Positions 22,789 through 36,815 are shown, counted from the stretch's first letter. The stretch: 64,000 bases of DNA from Mycoplasmatales bacterium (GCA_965196725.1 OZ239770.1:78018-142017), one strand, 5' to 3'. Notes: generated from the sequence alone by a model not told the origin. Made by a program: numbers and translations.

Positions 22789-24820
22789 TGCTCCCAAAGC
22801 CGACAAGACCTACACCGACACCGAATTAGCAAAGAAAGCCGATAAATCTTCAGTGTATACAAAGACCGATCTTGATACAAAGTTTCAAGAAGCACGAACA
22901 GTAATTAAAAAAAATATTTCAAATTTCACGCTTTTTTCTGATATTTCGGCAATCAAAATAAATACCAAGGTTTATTTTAATTTTGCCGGGACTTTTACAC
23001 CCACCGAATTAGAAACAAAACTTTTTATTGGAACACTAATTGTAAAGCATGCTGGTGATGAAGTTTATCTTGGTGAACTTTTTGATTACAGCGGCACCAA
23101 AGCCGACGGTTTTTATAAATTAACAGTTAGAGATACATTTGTTAACGGCACATCACAAGATAAAGTTAATTTCATTGCCACCAAAATGCCAATTGTTGAA
23201 TTTCAAAATTATTATTCAAAAACTGATGTGGATAGCAAACTTACTCCCAAAGCCGACAAAACCTATACTGATTTTGCGCTGGCGCTTAAGACCGATCAAA
23301 CCTACACCAACACTGAACTAGCAAAGAAGGCCGACAAAACTGATCTCTTCGAACCTGCGGCAGTTGCCCTAGAATTAAAATCTTCTTTAACACCGCGTTT
23401 GGCAACAAAAACAGAAGTTAATGCTAAAGCTTCCAAAACTTACACTGACACCGAATTAGCCAAAAAAGCTGACCAAACCTACACCGACACCGAATTAGCA
23501 AAGAAAGCCGATAAAACAACCTCTTACACCAAAACCGAAGTTGATGCCAAACTTACTCCCAAAGCCGACAAAACCTACACCGATACCGAACTAAATAAAA
23601 AGATTGAATATATTGAGGTTAATTTAGACACTCCTATTATTAACGGTAAAACAATTGGCGATTGAACAAGCAATGAATTGTCAGGACTTGATGGTTTGTT
23701 TAGTACTGGTAAAGTTTATAAAATTATTCATAACAGTAAAACCTTTCTTGTTCGTGCAGCAAACGAAATCAAAACTGCAAGCGAAATTGAGAATACTTTT
23801 TATGGCATGCAACTTGATGATTCCACAAATAAATACGGAATAGTAACAATTGCAATTGCAATCAAAAATTCAACGTCAACATTTAAAGTTCAATCAATTA
23901 ATTTTGAACAATTGAAAATCTTACTTAATCAAGCAGATTTTTATTACGATCCAATCAACAAAAACTATTTAGAAAATAGTTTAATTTTTAAAAACATTGA
24001 CGCTGCCCAACAAAATGTTTTATCGCGTAAAGAACGTTCGTATACAACTCATGCTGCCTTATTAGCAACTCAGGGAATTCAGTATCGTCTTTTAGGTCCT
24101 ACTCTAGCAGTAAACGGAGATTCTAAAATGGAAATTGTGGGCGCTCACAATGTGTGATATAAAAATACAATTAAACCTAAATGGTATACCAATAAATTTG
24201 AACCCAATGCTTATTATGGTTGAGATCAGGAAGCTGAAATCGGTTACGGAGAAAGCAACACGCTGCCTAATGCGGAAACTAAAAAATTCTATAAAGGTGA
24301 TATTATTCACTTTAAAATCCATGGTCATACTAACATTTTAGGAAAATGAGCAGGTATTAAATTTGTTTTAAAAGATAAAAACAACACTGAGTTCGCTACA
24401 ACTGATGCAATATTTTCCAATGACTATGGTTCTAGAAATGAAATTCATAAGTTTACAAGTCAATCAAAAACAAACTCGTCTCATTTAATGGTAAATCTTT
24501 TTGCTTCTAAATATTTTGAATTTAGCGGAAAAATTAGTTTTGAAAATGCCCGAATTTATATTTCAGCAGTTGGATGAATTCATCAGCTAGGACATGATAT
24601 GAATACTATTAGCACTGATATGGCATTAGCTTATCCAGGCGGTTTTGCTGATGATGGCATTACATTGGCTGCTATTGAAATTGGCGAAGTAGGAACTATG
24701 AGCACACTTGAAATAACTGGAACTGCTGTTGAATGAAGTGCGGGCAGTCGAATTTTTTTAAGAGATGATATTAGCAACAGACAGTTAAAAATTGTCAAAA
24801 AAACCCTAATTAATAACTAG
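22124..24820 (+). CDS. Membrane-anchored repeat protein, paralogue B (898 aa)
   Basis: First 221 aa identical to paralogue A. Has extra internal domains. C-terminal head is distantly similar to A (KKFYKGDIIHFKIH versus KRFFKGDKLVIKFH; AGSRIFLRDD versus VGSRIILKES). Frame checked to TAG at 24818. Confidence 0.75.
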
Positions 24821-24954
24821 TTAAGTATGCCTGCTAAGGTATGAAGTTTTGTGTAACAATTTCACATGGCTTAATTATCATTGTTCAACGAACCTCCCAC
24901 CTAGTTTCAACCAATACTCCATGTTAGAATAAACAAAAGGGAACTTTTGTCACG

Positions 24955-25590
24955 ATGAAAAAAGGAATGCTGATTGTTTTTGAAGGATTTGATAACAGCG
25001 GCAAAACATCGCTGACCAAAAAGTTAACGAAAAAAATTCAAAAATTTTATCCCAACCAAAAAGTTTTATTAACTCGGCAACCATATAATAAGGAAATTAG
25101 CATCTCTTTCAAACGTTTTTTAGATCTTCATCAATCTGATCAAACTGATTTTTATTATTTTCTCCTTGATCGCCATTTACATTTTACAAAGGTTCTTTTC
25201 CCTGCTCTGAATGCGGGCACAATTGTTGTTTGTGATCGCTTTTATTATTCTAGTTTTGTTTACCAAAGTTTTTCCTTACAAAAAGATTTTGAAAGTTTGG
25301 AAAAAATTCATCGTTTATTAGATCTTTTCCCAATTCCTGATTTAGTTTTCTTTCTTAATCCTTCCGTCCAAACTTTACGCTCTCGTTTGAGTGATCAGAA
25401 AAATCATTTGCGTTTGAAACAAAACCTTCCTCAATTGAAAAAACAATACGAAAAAATTTTTGCTCATTATCAAACCCAAAACCATCCGATTGTGACAATT
25501 GGCGGAAATAAATTTGCCAGCAATTTTCAACGAATTTGACAAATCTTTCAAAAAAATTACAGCACATGGAATGACAATTTGAAAAGCTAA
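24955..25590 (+). CDS. tmk: Thymidylate kinase
   Basis: P-loop FEGFDNSGKTS. Reads through the TGA at 25537 to TAA at 25588. Confidence 0.85.
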
Positions 25591-26348
25591 AAAGGTATCT
25601 AAAAAGCTTAAAATCCAACCAGCAACTGCCGCATAATTTATTGTTAAAAACGAATCAAATTGACCTCGGAAACCAATTGTTAATCAGTCTAACCACTGAT
25701 TCATCGCTTCAAAATGATTGCTTTGTTTTTCGTTATCATGCTGATTTTGAAAAACAAAAACAACAATTATCCGAATTATTCTTTTGAACCAACCTTGCCA
25801 AAAAAACCACCAATTATGTTTTTTTTTATCTTCCTGAATTAGAAAAATATTCCTATCTTTTTTATAATCGCTTGCTAAAGTTACTGGAAGATCATAAGAC
25901 CCATTTAGTGGGAATTTTACAAACCACCAAAACACATTCTTTACCCCAAACAATTATTTCTCGTTGTCAATTGTTTCAAATTAAACCAGTTTCAACCACC
26001 CCTTTTCATCAAATTGATATTCATATTACCCGTTTTTTCCACCTTTTGAACCAAAAAGCGTTATGAAAATCATTTTTTTCTTTATATGACGAAACCCAAA
26101 TTAGCGCTTTTTGACCCTGGTTTCAAACTTTACTAATTGCCTTTCAAACCCGTTTGCGAACAAGGTCATTTTCTGATCAATTTGAAAGTAACCTATTTCA
26201 TTCTGGTTGGAAATTATTGATTAATAACTTATGAGCCGAACAGAAATATAATTTTTCCCTTGATGCTAAAACAACTTGAATTTTATTTGTTTCGCAAGTT
26301 CGAATTTTTCATGAAAACAAAGCAAAGCAATCTTTCCAGTTCAATTAA
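25566..26348 (+). CDS. holB: DNA polymerase III delta' subunit-like
   Basis: Follows tmk; ..LLKLLEDHKTHLVGILQTT..TIISRCQLFQIKP.. Start ATG 25566 (TTG 25536 also possible). Confidence 0.7.
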
Positions 26349-26377
26349 AACCAAAATAATGTATTATAATAGTCAAA

Positions 26378-28402
26378 ATGAACAACCGTTTTACGAAAAA
26401 TAACAAACCAGTTCGTCCCCGGAAAAGAGTCAGTGTCTTTTCTATTGTTGTTGGAATTCTAATTGCCCTTTTTTTGGGAATTTTAATTTATCAATATGTC
26501 AGTAACATGTCTTCTGGTTCGATTTCTGAAACCCAGGCATTAGAAATTATTACCAAGATTGAAACCCAGGCAACTTATTCGGGCAATAAGAATTATCGTT
26601 ATAACAATCTGAAAAAAATTACTTTGTATAATCCCAATCGATTTTCAGCTTCCACCGGAACTGTGCAAATGGAGTACACGATTAAACAAGTCAATGGAAG
26701 TAGAGAATGGACGACCCGGCAATCTGTTTATGTCAATAACATTGAAGAATTTCGTAAAAGTATTAAAAACTCCGCTACCAAAAAGAAAATTTTTACTGTT
26801 AATTCCTATCCCATCACAGTTTTTTCTGTTTTTACCCGAATTGGCTCCCAATTACTTTTCCTTCTTCCCTTAATTTGAATTTTTTATTTCTTCTTCTATC
26901 GGATGCAGTCCGGTCTAAATATTGATGATAAATATGCAACCGCTAAGTTAAGTAAAAGCGATGTTATGTTTGCTGACGTGGCCGGCATTAAAGAAGAAAA
27001 AAACGAGCTTTTAGAAATTGTCGAATTTTTAAAACACCCCAACCGGTATCTTGATGTTGGTGCTCGAATTCCGAAAGGTTTATTATTATACGGTCCACCA
27101 GGAACCGGAAAAACTCTTTTAGCCAAAGCCGTTTCCGGTGAATCAGGAGTTCCGTTTTTTTCCGCTGCTGGTTCTTCTTTTGAAGGCATGTTTGTTGGTT
27201 TGGGAGCAAGTCGGATTCGTGATCTTTTTGCGAAGGCGAAAAAAAATGCTCCATGTATTATTTTTATCGATGAAATTGATTCTTTAGGTTCAAAACGGCA
27301 AAACACTTTTAGCAGTGTGCAAAGTCAATCCTTAAACCAATTTTTGTCTGAATTAGACGGTTTTGAAACAACAGCGGGTGTCATTGTGATTGCTGCTACC
27401 AATCGAATTGAAGTTTTAGATTCTGCGCTTCTTCGTTCCGGTCGCTTTGATCGCAAAATTCAAATTAATCTTCCCGACGTTAAAGAACGCGCCGAAATTT
27501 TACGTATTCATTCTCGCAACAAAAAAATTAGCCAAAAAATTGATTTTGAAGAAGTTGCCACTCGGACACCTGGTTTTTCCGGTGCGGAATTGGAAAACTC
27601 ATTGAATGAAGCCGCTTTACAAGCAGTGCGGAAAAACCATACCGTTATTGAAGCGGAAGATATTGATGAAGGAATTGATCGTGTGATTGGTGGACCTGCT
27701 AAAACTTCACGTGTTATTAACCAAAAAACGCGCACGATTGTTGCTTTACATGAATCAGGGCACGCGTTAATTGGTCTGCTTTTGGCTGATGCTTCCAAAG
27801 TGCAAAAAGTCACAATTATTCCGCGTGGTTCCGCGGGTGGTTATACAATTACCACTCCCAAAGATGAAACCACGATGTATTCAAAAGAAACTTTAACGCA
27901 CCAGGTGATTGGTTTGCTTGGTGGTCGCGGAGCGGAAGAAACGATTTTAGGTCATCAACACATTACAACCGGAGCGTATGATGATTTTACAAAAGCAACT
28001 CATATTGTCGAACGGATGATTAAAGAGTTTGGAATGTCCGCTTTAGGAGTTCGCTTTACCAATAGTCAAAATAATTTAATGTTGGGGATTAATTCGCCTT
28101 TATCAGAAACCAAAAAAACCGCAATTGATAAGGAAATTGATCTTTTCTTAGCTGATTGTTTAGTCAAGGCAAAAAAATTAATTAATCAAAATAAAACTTT
28201 ACTCTTCTTGCTGGCCGAAGCTCTTTTAATTTTAGAAACAATTAATGCTTCACAAATTGAATATATTCATCAAAATAAAGCTTTACCGGCCGAAGCAATT
28301 GCGCAAAAGAAGAAATATCCTGAGAAAAAGTTTTTTGATCTGGAGATCTTTAAAACCAACCAAAAACCATCATCCGAACCGCATAAAAATGAGGTAAGAT
28401 AG
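26378..28402 (+). CDS. ftsH: ATP-dependent zinc metalloprotease FtsH
   Basis: GPPGTGKTLLAKAVSGE, IIFIDEID, HESGHAL. The N-terminal TM part joins through the TGA at 26876. Confidence 0.95.
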
Positions 28403-28412
28403 AAACTTCCTG

Positions 28413-30485
28413 ATGATGTATCCGCGGTTTAATAAGATTTACTATTTATTTATTCTGTTGTTTGGTTTTTCTTGCCTTACTTTAATTATTTTGCTTGTTT
28501 TATGGAAACAACCGGCAATTAATTTTAATAACAGACAATTTCACATTGCCGTGATTAGTTTATCGACTTTGTCATTAGTAACTTTTTTAAATTGCTTTGG
28601 TTTCTTTCTTTGGGAACGTTGAACTCGTTACCGTGAACCACGCTCCCAAATTAAATTTAAGTTTTTAAACAGCATTTTAAATGCTAGTCAAAGTTGCTTA
28701 ATTACCCGTAACCGCTTAAATAAAATCATTTGAGCGAACAACTGATCATTTCTCCAGAAAGTTTTAAATACTAAAACAGTTTATTATTTCAATTTAAACC
28801 GCCTGGCTAAAAACATTGAAAAGTTCCGGATTGGGGAAGCAATTAATTTTATTCAAACCACCGCGGATGCAAAAAATGAATACCAGCTTAGATTAATTGA
28901 AAAAGATTTATTTCTTCTCCATGCCAAAACAGAAGAATTTAAAGTTTCGCAAATGTTTTTACAAACGAAACCAGTTTTTTTGGTTATTACTCTTGATAAG
29001 ATTAGTTCTAATTTGCAAGAAGGTGACTTTGAGCGCTTGGAAACGCAAATTTTGATGCAAATTCGGATTGAACTTTATGAGGAATTAAACCAGTATGATA
29101 TTTTAATTTTTAATTCTAATCCATATGAATGAATGTTGATTATGAAAAGCAAACAATTAGCTTTTTTCCGCACGAAAAACTTTGATTTTTTGAACAAAAT
29201 TGAGAGTAAAATTAAGGAAAAATATAAAATTTTAATTACTTTTTCGGTTGGTTGCTACCTTGGGTTTCAAACCGTTTTTAAAAATCGCAATAACTTAGAA
29301 TTTCATCGTGCTAGTTTGGTTGAATTGTATCAAAAGACCCTTTTGGCTCGTCGGATGGCTCAGGTTCGTGGTGGTGATCAAGTGATTTTAACTGATGCTA
29401 ATAGTGCTTTTACAGTTTACGGAAAACAGCGTGATCTTCCCAAGGTTGATACTTCAAATATTAAAAACTTTTTAACCAAATTTATCCCGCTTGTCAAAAA
29501 ATACGAAAATATCATTATTGTTGGTCATAAACAAGCTGATTTTGATGTCATTGGTGCCGGTGTTGCCTTGAATTATTTTCTAAAAAAACGCTTGGGTGCT
29601 AAAAAAAACATTCATTTTACGATCAACAAAATTGCCGATAAAACCCTTGCTTTTGTTAAGGAAAAAATTAGCACGGAAGTTTTTGAAAAGTACATTAATT
29701 TAAGCACCGCCAAGCTTTTTGCCCGAGCCAAAGCAAAGAAAACGCTTTTAATTGTCGTTGATACGAATAATCCTGATTTTATTGATTTTCCCGATCAAAA
29801 AATCACCAACATGGATAAAATTTTCATTGATCATCATGTCAACTGTTTTAAAGGTGATCCGATTATGCAATTAATTAGTAGCACCTTTTCTTCAACCTCG
29901 GAAATCATTTTAAGTTTGATGATTCAAGCAAATATTTCCCGTTCGAAACCATATCAATTTAATCATGATCCCGATGTTTTACGCCTTTTATTGTTTGGAA
30001 TTTTAATCGACACCAATAATTTACAAGTTCAAATTGGCAAATATACCCTTGAAGTTGTTAATTTCATTATTAAAAACGGGATTAACATGGAAGAGATGAT
30101 TAACGAAATTAATCACTTTAAAACTGTTTCATCCCGCGCCATTGATTTATATTCGAATGAATTTCAAACTAAACAAATTGATAAAAATAAAGTCGTTCTT
30201 GAATTTAACAATGATTTTTTGGTCAATGCGGAAATTGTTGCTAATTTAGCCGAAAAATATTTAGCCAACAATAAAGTTGCCATGGTTTTTGCGATCGGCC
30301 ATGATCAAAACGGCATTATTTATCTTTCTGGTCGTTCTCAGGCGCCTTACAATGTTGAAATTATCTGTAAGCACTTCGGTGGTGGTGGCGATTCCCGTCG
30401 GGCAGCAGCTAAAATTGATGATATTGATATGAAATTAGGCTTAGCAACCCAAAAACTCACGCAGTTGGTCGCTGATCAAAAATAG
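28413..30485 (+). CDS. gdpP: GdpP-like DHH/DHHA1 phosphodiesterase (cyclic-di-AMP phosphodiesterase family)
   Basis: N-terminal TM helices, degenerate GGDEF (RGGDQV), DHH motifs GHKQADFDVIGAG / VVDTN / FIDHH, and GGGGDSRRAAAK. Frame 28413-30485 checked: no TAA/TAG. Confidence 0.8.
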
Positions 30486-30500
30486 TAAGGACTTGGTTCA

Positions 30501-31850
30501 ATGATTAATTTTGAAGCTGAAAAATCAATTCTTGCTATTTTCATTCATTCTTCTGAAGCACGTGCCAGTAAAATTCCTTATTTAAAACCAACTGATTTTA
30601 GCAACCCGGTTCATCGTGCTCTTTTTGTTAATTTAAATGAATTGTTTTATCAAACAAATAATCAATTTGATCTTGATCTGTTCTTTACTACTCTTCACAA
30701 TAAAGATCAAGTGAAAAAATGTGGGGGGAAGGAATATTTAGTTAATCTGGTTAAACTTTATAGTAGCGATCTTTTTTTAGAACAATATTTTTACTTAATC
30801 ACGCAAAAAGCAATTCATCGCGATCTTCAATTGTTGCTTGATCAACAAACAAATTTGTTAAAACAAGGAAATAATCCCAGCAAGGTTTTGAAAAGCTTAT
30901 ATTTGAAGTTAAACGATCTTGATCATAATTATCAACGAACGACAAATGCGTTTGTGGCGGTTTCGAAGTTATTACAAACAACTTTTGAACATTCACAACA
31001 ACAAAAACATGCCGAAGATGATTATTTTTCCACCGGGTTTGCTAATTTGGATGAAAAACTTGGGGGCTTCCGACCAGGGCAATTGATTATTTTAGCCGGC
31101 CGTCCTTCAATGGGAAAAACCGCTTTATCATTGAATTTAATTTTTAACGATTTTTTCTTCAATAAAAACACCAGCGATGCCGACCGCGGTGATATCATTT
31201 TCTTTTCGCTCGAAATGTCTAACCAACAATTAAGTCAACGTATTTTTAAAAGTTATCTTGATTTATCACCCCATTTTCTTCATGATGAAGCGGAAATTCA
31301 ACGCGTGGAAGGTTTGATTGCTAATTTAAGGTTAAGCAACATTTTTATTGATACCAATAATACAACTGATATTTTTCAAATTCAAGCCAAACTGCGAAAA
31401 TGAATTCAAAAACGCAAACTGCGTTTAATTGTCATTGATTATTTACAACTTTTAAAAACAGTGGGGCAGAAAAAATTTGAAAACCGTAATTTAGAAATTG
31501 CTTTTTGAACGCGAACTTTAAAAGAAATGGCCTTGGAATTTAAAATTCCGATTATTTGCTTATCACAATTATCACGGAATGTGGAAAAACGCGAAAATAA
31601 ACGTCCGCTTCTTGCTGATTTGCGTGATTCAGGAAGCATTGAACAAGATGCCGATTTAGTCCTTTTTTTGTATCGTGATGAATACTATTTGAAAGATGAT
31701 CTCTCAAATTCCGGCAAAACGGAGTATAATCATAAACGACCACAAAAAGCAGAAATTATCATTGCTAAGCATCGCAATGGTCCCATCGGAAGTGTAGAAG
31801 TTTTGTTTATTCCCTACAAAACAACTTTTATGGATTATTCCGAAAATTAA
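30501..31850 (+). CDS. dnaB: Replicative DNA helicase DnaB
   Basis: [53 protein letters not shown]. Confidence 0.9.
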
Positions 31851-31857
31851 ATTCCTA

Positions 31858-32511
31858 ATGTTTCATCAAACTAAAATTCAACGTCTGATTTTACTCCCGT
31901 TTTTCGCCTTCTTGTTTGTTTTCGCTAGTCTTTTTCTTGCCGCTTGCGCCTGCCAACCTGTAAAAGGTGATCAAATCACAGTCCAAGTTGTTAGTTTAGA
32001 TGTTAATCAAAAAGTCGCTAAAACAATTGCAGCGCCATTTTTAACCAAACAATTAGTTGAAAAAGTTAGTAATCAGTTGTTTAATCAAGGTCAATATCAA
32101 AGTAAACCACCATTACTAATTCAAAAATTAAAAGCCACAAAAAACCCGTTTTTGCCAAAATTTCGTCCGCTTTTTTTTGCTAAAACCAACAATCGTTTTA
32201 ACCCCATCTATTTTGTTACCCAAAAAATTATCAAAGATTCTGCTTCTAAAATCGAATATCCGGTTGAATTAACTCTAACCGCTAAAAATTCAGAAACGAT
32301 TAAAGATGTGGCAGTCGAATTTCATTTCTTTTACGCTAGTAAATGAAAAATTCGGATTGTCCTTTCAAAAGTACGTTTTACTTTTCCCGCCGTGGATCCA
32401 AAAAAACCTGTTCTTCGGTTTGCTAACCAATTTTCCTTCCTTAATTCCGCCGATAAATCAGTGGATAATTTAACTTTGGATCAATTTGCGGTGGATTTAG
32501 TTCAAATTTAA
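31858..32511 (+). CDS. Putative lipoprotein
   Basis: Signal peptide with lipobox-like ..LFLAAC.. Reads through the TGA at 32344. Confidence 0.6.
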
Positions 32512-32512
32512 A

Positions 32513-33169
32513 ATGGATTGAAAAACTTGACTAACGATCGAGAAAACGAAACCATATTTTTCGGTTTTGCAAGCCAAATTAAAACAAGCTTATGATGATC
32601 ATAATTGTCTACCTTTGGATAAAAAAGCAGTCTTTCGTGCGTTAACACTCACACCATTAGCAAAAGTGAAAGTTGTTATTCTCGGGCAAGATCCCTATCC
32701 TAATCCGCTTCAAGCAAATGGTTTAGCATTTAGTGTTAATCGGAATCAAGCTTTGCCAAAATCACTGCAAAACATTTTTCAGGCATTAAAACATGATTTT
32801 AAAGACTTAACCTTAAATCATGGTGATTTAAGTCTTTGAGCACAACAAGGTGTTTTACTTTTAAATAGTTGTTTAACCGTTGCTCCGTTTCAACCTTTTA
32901 GCCATACTACTTGAAACTGAACAACTTTTACCACCAATTTATTCAAAATGTTAAATCAACTGGAGCAAAAAATTGTTTTTTTGCTCTGAGGTAATGCTGC
33001 TCAACAATTTCAAACTCTGCTTACAAATCAGCATCATTTAATTTTAACAACCTCCCATCCTTCTCCTCTAAGTGCCCATCGTGGCTTTTTAACCGCCCGC
33101 CATTTTTGGCAGACAAATCAATTTTTAAAACAAAATAATCTTTCTCCAATTGATTGGAATTTGCGCTAA
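32513..33169 (+). CDS. ung: Uracil-DNA glycosylase
   Basis: GQDPYP, GVLLLN, HPSPLSA. Start ATG 32513 (MDWKTWL..). Confidence 0.9.
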
Positions 33170-34135
33170 ATGCAACAATTACAAGTCCCCTTTTTTCTCG
33201 ACTATTATTATTTTGCCGCCCTCGGGGTAATCCTTTTATTGGGATTGCTTTATTTTATTTACTTCATGCGCCAAAAACACCGCCTTTTCCAGAACTTATC
33301 ATTAAAAAAACAAATTCATAATATTGTCACCATTTCGCTTTTTTCCGCGATTGCTACCGCAATTCTAATTTTTTTTTCCCGAATTAATAACATCACGCTG
33401 ATCCCGGCGGTGCGCGTTGCGTTTGAAGGCGTTTTAGTCAAAATTTCCGGTTTTATTTTTGGGCCAATTGTTGGTTTGATTAGCGCGCTTGTAACTGAAT
33501 TAACGGTGATTTTATTTATTCCAACTTATTTTCACTATAACTATTTGCTGGTTTTGATGGCATTTGGTTTTTTTGCTGGTTTAATTAAAGTTTTCCGCCA
33601 AAATTATTTAACGGATTTTTGGGCGATAATTGCTCTTTATCTTGGCATTATTTTTTTCATCTGCTTTACAATTTGATTTTTTGTTTCCAATTTAAATGAT
33701 CATCAATATAGTCAATTTAATTTTCATGCCTGAATGCAAAAATTTAAAGCTAAATATTTGTTTGAAACCGCGATTGATTTTAACACTTTTCTGTTTTGAA
33801 TTAATATGATGATTTTCCTCTTTTTATTGATTATGGTTTCAATTGTTTTTTTTACCAAAACAAAAAGAAACTTTTTCTTTAAAACCATTGTTGAAGAGCG
33901 TTCTTCGATTATTGGCGTTTTATGTCTGACAGTTTTTGCTGAATATCTAATTTCTGTTTCAATTGCTACCAAAGCTAACAGCACTGTTTTTGGCGAAACC
34001 ACCAATAATTATCGTATGCTTTTTATTTCCGCCGCCTCGATTGCCCCCGTCAAAATTTTTATTAACTCCGTCATCATTTTAAGCGTCTATCGAATTATGA
34101 TTAGTTATAAACCGAATTTAAAATTTACCCATTAA
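33170..34135 (+). CDS. Integral membrane protein (possibly ECF-transporter S-component-like)
   Basis: Multiple TM segments; ..FEGVLVKISGFIFGPIVGLISALVTEL.. resembles the S-component core. Function is tentative. Confidence 0.55.
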
Positions 34136-34140
34136 ATAAC

Positions 34141-35487
34141 ATGCCTTATACTTTATCCTTTAAAAATCCTTTTCTCAAAACCACATTTCGCTTTAAGATC
34201 TCTTCTCGCCGAGTGGTTACGATCTATTTATGTGGTCCAACTGTTTATGGACCGCTTCACATTGGCAACTTCCGCAATGTTTTTTTATTTGATGTTTTGG
34301 TGCGCTTTTTCCGTCGGCAACGGCAGCCAACAATTTATTGACAAAATATTACCGATATTGATGACAAAATTATTCAGGCAGCCAACAAATCTAAGCTCAG
34401 CGAAACAACTTTAACCAGCAAATATTTTCGTGAATATCAAGCGCTTTTAAAAACGTGCCAACTTTTAAATCCTGATCAGCTTTTTGTTAGTCAAAATATT
34501 CCGGCAATTATTGACTTTATTCAGGGATTGGAAAAAACTGGTTTTACCTATCAAACCCAATCGGGACTTTATTTTGAAATTAATCGCTTACCCAAATATG
34601 CTCGTTTTCAAACGACCACACTTCCCTTAATGCAACGAAATCAATTTTGATTGGATAAGAAGAATAGGCGTGATTTTGCCCTTTGAAAGTTTACCCAGAC
34701 CGGTAAAACTTGAAAAAGTCCGTGAGCAGCAGGTCGTCCTGGTTGACATACTGAATGTGTTGCTTTAATTAATAAATACAACAAGCATCAACCAGTTACC
34801 ATTCATGGTGGAGGACGTGATTTGCTTTTTCCTCATCATGAAAATGAAGAAGCACAATTTCAGGCCCTGCACCGCCAGCAATTAGCCCATTTTTGGCTTC
34901 ATAATGGTTTGATTACCAGTCAAGCCGGCAAAATTAGTCGTTCCACGCAATCAAAGAGTGAACAATTGAACATGGCAAAGCTTTTAAAACAATATGATCA
35001 TAATGTTTTCCGCCTGTTTTTTTTCAGTCAGCCTTATTTTAAGGATATAAAGTTTAGTTTTGCCAAGATGACTGAATTGCAAAAAATTTATCAACGTTGA
35101 ACCAGTTTGTTTATTCAGATTCAACGTTATGCTCATTTACATCACCATTTGCAATGAACTCAACTGGTCATTCCCCAAACAATTAAAACCAAACTAGAAC
35201 GTTTATTGGCAAATAATTTGGGGGTGGACAAACTGTGACCGCTTTTTTTTACCTGAGAGAAAAAAATCAACACTTTTTACCAGCGCCTTCATCTGTTAAA
35301 GACCTTTAAATATGCTGCTTATCTTCGCTTTGGCTTACTTGCCCTTGGATTTAATGTTCCCCTTCCCAACTGAACTAATGCCCAAAAAACCATTTTAGCC
35401 CGGTGAAAGATTGCCACCAACCAGCAAAATTATCGTCTCGCTGATCAATATCGAAAGCAACTCCAAGCGGCGAAATTATGAAATTAA
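34141..35487 (+). CDS. cysS: Cysteinyl-tRNA synthetase
   Basis: CGPTVYGPLHIGNFRN (HIGH), GGGRDLLFPHHENE, KISRS (KMSKS-like). Frame checked across many TGA codons. Confidence 0.9.
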
Positions 35488-36227
35488 ATCAGCAAAAATT
35501 AGTTTTTGGTAAACAAACGGTTAAACTCCTTTTAGCGACCCGCGCCGATTTAGTCACCAAATTGTTTTGCTTACCAAATTCTGCTTGAATTAGCACGGCC
35601 CAAACTTTACAACTTCCCTATCAAATCTGTTCCAAAACTTTTTTCACCACCCATTTTAATGCTGTAAACCACCAGGGCATTGTCGTTCAAATTAAAAACT
35701 GACCAATTAATGATTGAAAACAATGATGAACGCAAATTCAAACATCTTCGTTTCCCAATAAACTGATTCTGATTCTTGATCATCTAGAAGATAGTTATAA
35801 TTTAGGTGCGATTATTCGTAGTGCCGTTGCTTACAATGTGGCCGCCATTATTCTTCCAAAGCGGCGTCAAATCAGTTTAAATCCGCTGGTTGCTAAAACT
35901 TCCACCGGTGCTTGCTTTTGCATTCCGATTCTCATTGTTCCTAATTTAGCGCACATTATTAAACAACTCCAAGCAACTAATTTTTGAATCATTACTACGA
36001 CTTTAAAAGCCAGTTCATTACCACCTCTGCCAGCCAATTTAGAAAATGTTCAATTGGCACTTATCATCGGCAACGAGGAGAAAGGGGTCAGTCATCAATT
36101 AAATTGCTTGGCTGATTTTAACCTTGTTTTACCAATGCAAAAACCAATTGCTTCACTAAATGTTAGTGTTGCTACCGGAATCAGTTTATATGCCATTCGT
36201 AATCAGCAAAAGCGTTGAAGAAATTAA
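35478..36227 (+). CDS. SpoU/TrmH-family RNA 2'-O-methyltransferase (RlmB-like)
   Basis: ..LEDSYNLGAIIRSA.., ..LIIGNEEKGVS.., ..SLNVSVATGISLY.. Syntenic with cysS-rlmB of Firmicutes. Confidence 0.8.
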
Positions 36228-36774
36228 TTATTTGATTTATTTAGTTCAAAAATACCAGTCTGCTTGAGCTTTCAAACATTTGTTCCTTTATTATGAACGG
36301 TTGTTTTATATTGTCACCGAACGATATCTCGATAGTTATTTGTTTACATCAGGCAACCGGCGCTTTTACCATCTTTGGATTTATGAAATCTTCTATGAAT
36401 CTCTTTTAACTTTTCGCTTGCCAACTCAAACCTTTTTTATTAATTTTTGCTTACGCCGTTGAAAATGAAAGTTGCAAGATCTGCTAAGAAGTAAACAAGC
36501 ATTAGCCAAAAAACTGCCGTCTTTTGATCTTGACAAACTAGCCTTTTCCCTTCCCGCCGTCTCGCTTGCTCCGGATCGCGCCCCAAATCAACCGCACCAT
36601 TTATTGATTCCAAAGAAAATAAAATTATCGTTTTTAGAACAGCAAATTTTCCGATTTCGCTTTTCCGGTTATCAAAATCTGGAAATTGCTTCTGATCTTG
36701 CTTATTCTGCTCGCCAAATTGCTAATGGTTGAGAACGGACGAAAAAAAAATTAAAAAAATATTATAATATTTAG
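36190..36774 (+). CDS. Sigma-70-family (SigH-position) sigma-factor-like protein
   Basis: Region-2-like ..LIYLVQKYQSAWAFKHLFLYYERLFY.. and region-4 HTH ..GYQNLEIASDLAYSARQIANGWERTKKKLKK.. Lies between rlmB-like and secE, as sigH does in Bacillus. Start is tentative. Confidence 0.55.
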
Positions 36775-36815
36775 AAAGAACAATCACTTACAAGTTTAAG
36801 TTCTTCCCGCTCATT

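Noticed and set aside
24380-24480. Peptide-level resemblance of spacer 24 (NDALFSNNVA) to paralogue B TDAIFSNDYG, and of spacer 62 reverse complement (ITDSQSKNHV) to B TSQSKTNSSH
   Set aside because: Nucleotide identity is only about 18/30. With 65 spacers, six frames and a ~600-aa target, several 6-of-10 matches are expected by chance. These are not used as evidence.
26896-27306. Antisense or alternate-frame ORFs inside well-supported genes (for example 26896-27306 and 27508-27813 in ftsH, 38266-38547 in rplA, 8091-8330, 5234-5440, 16706-16933)
   Set aside because: These are shadow ORFs opposite or overlapping strongly conserved coding frames, with no motifs of their own.
36775-36815. Expected rpmG (L33) between the sigma-like gene and secE
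   Set aside because: No ORF with L33-like CxxC motifs appears in any frame, and the gap is too short.
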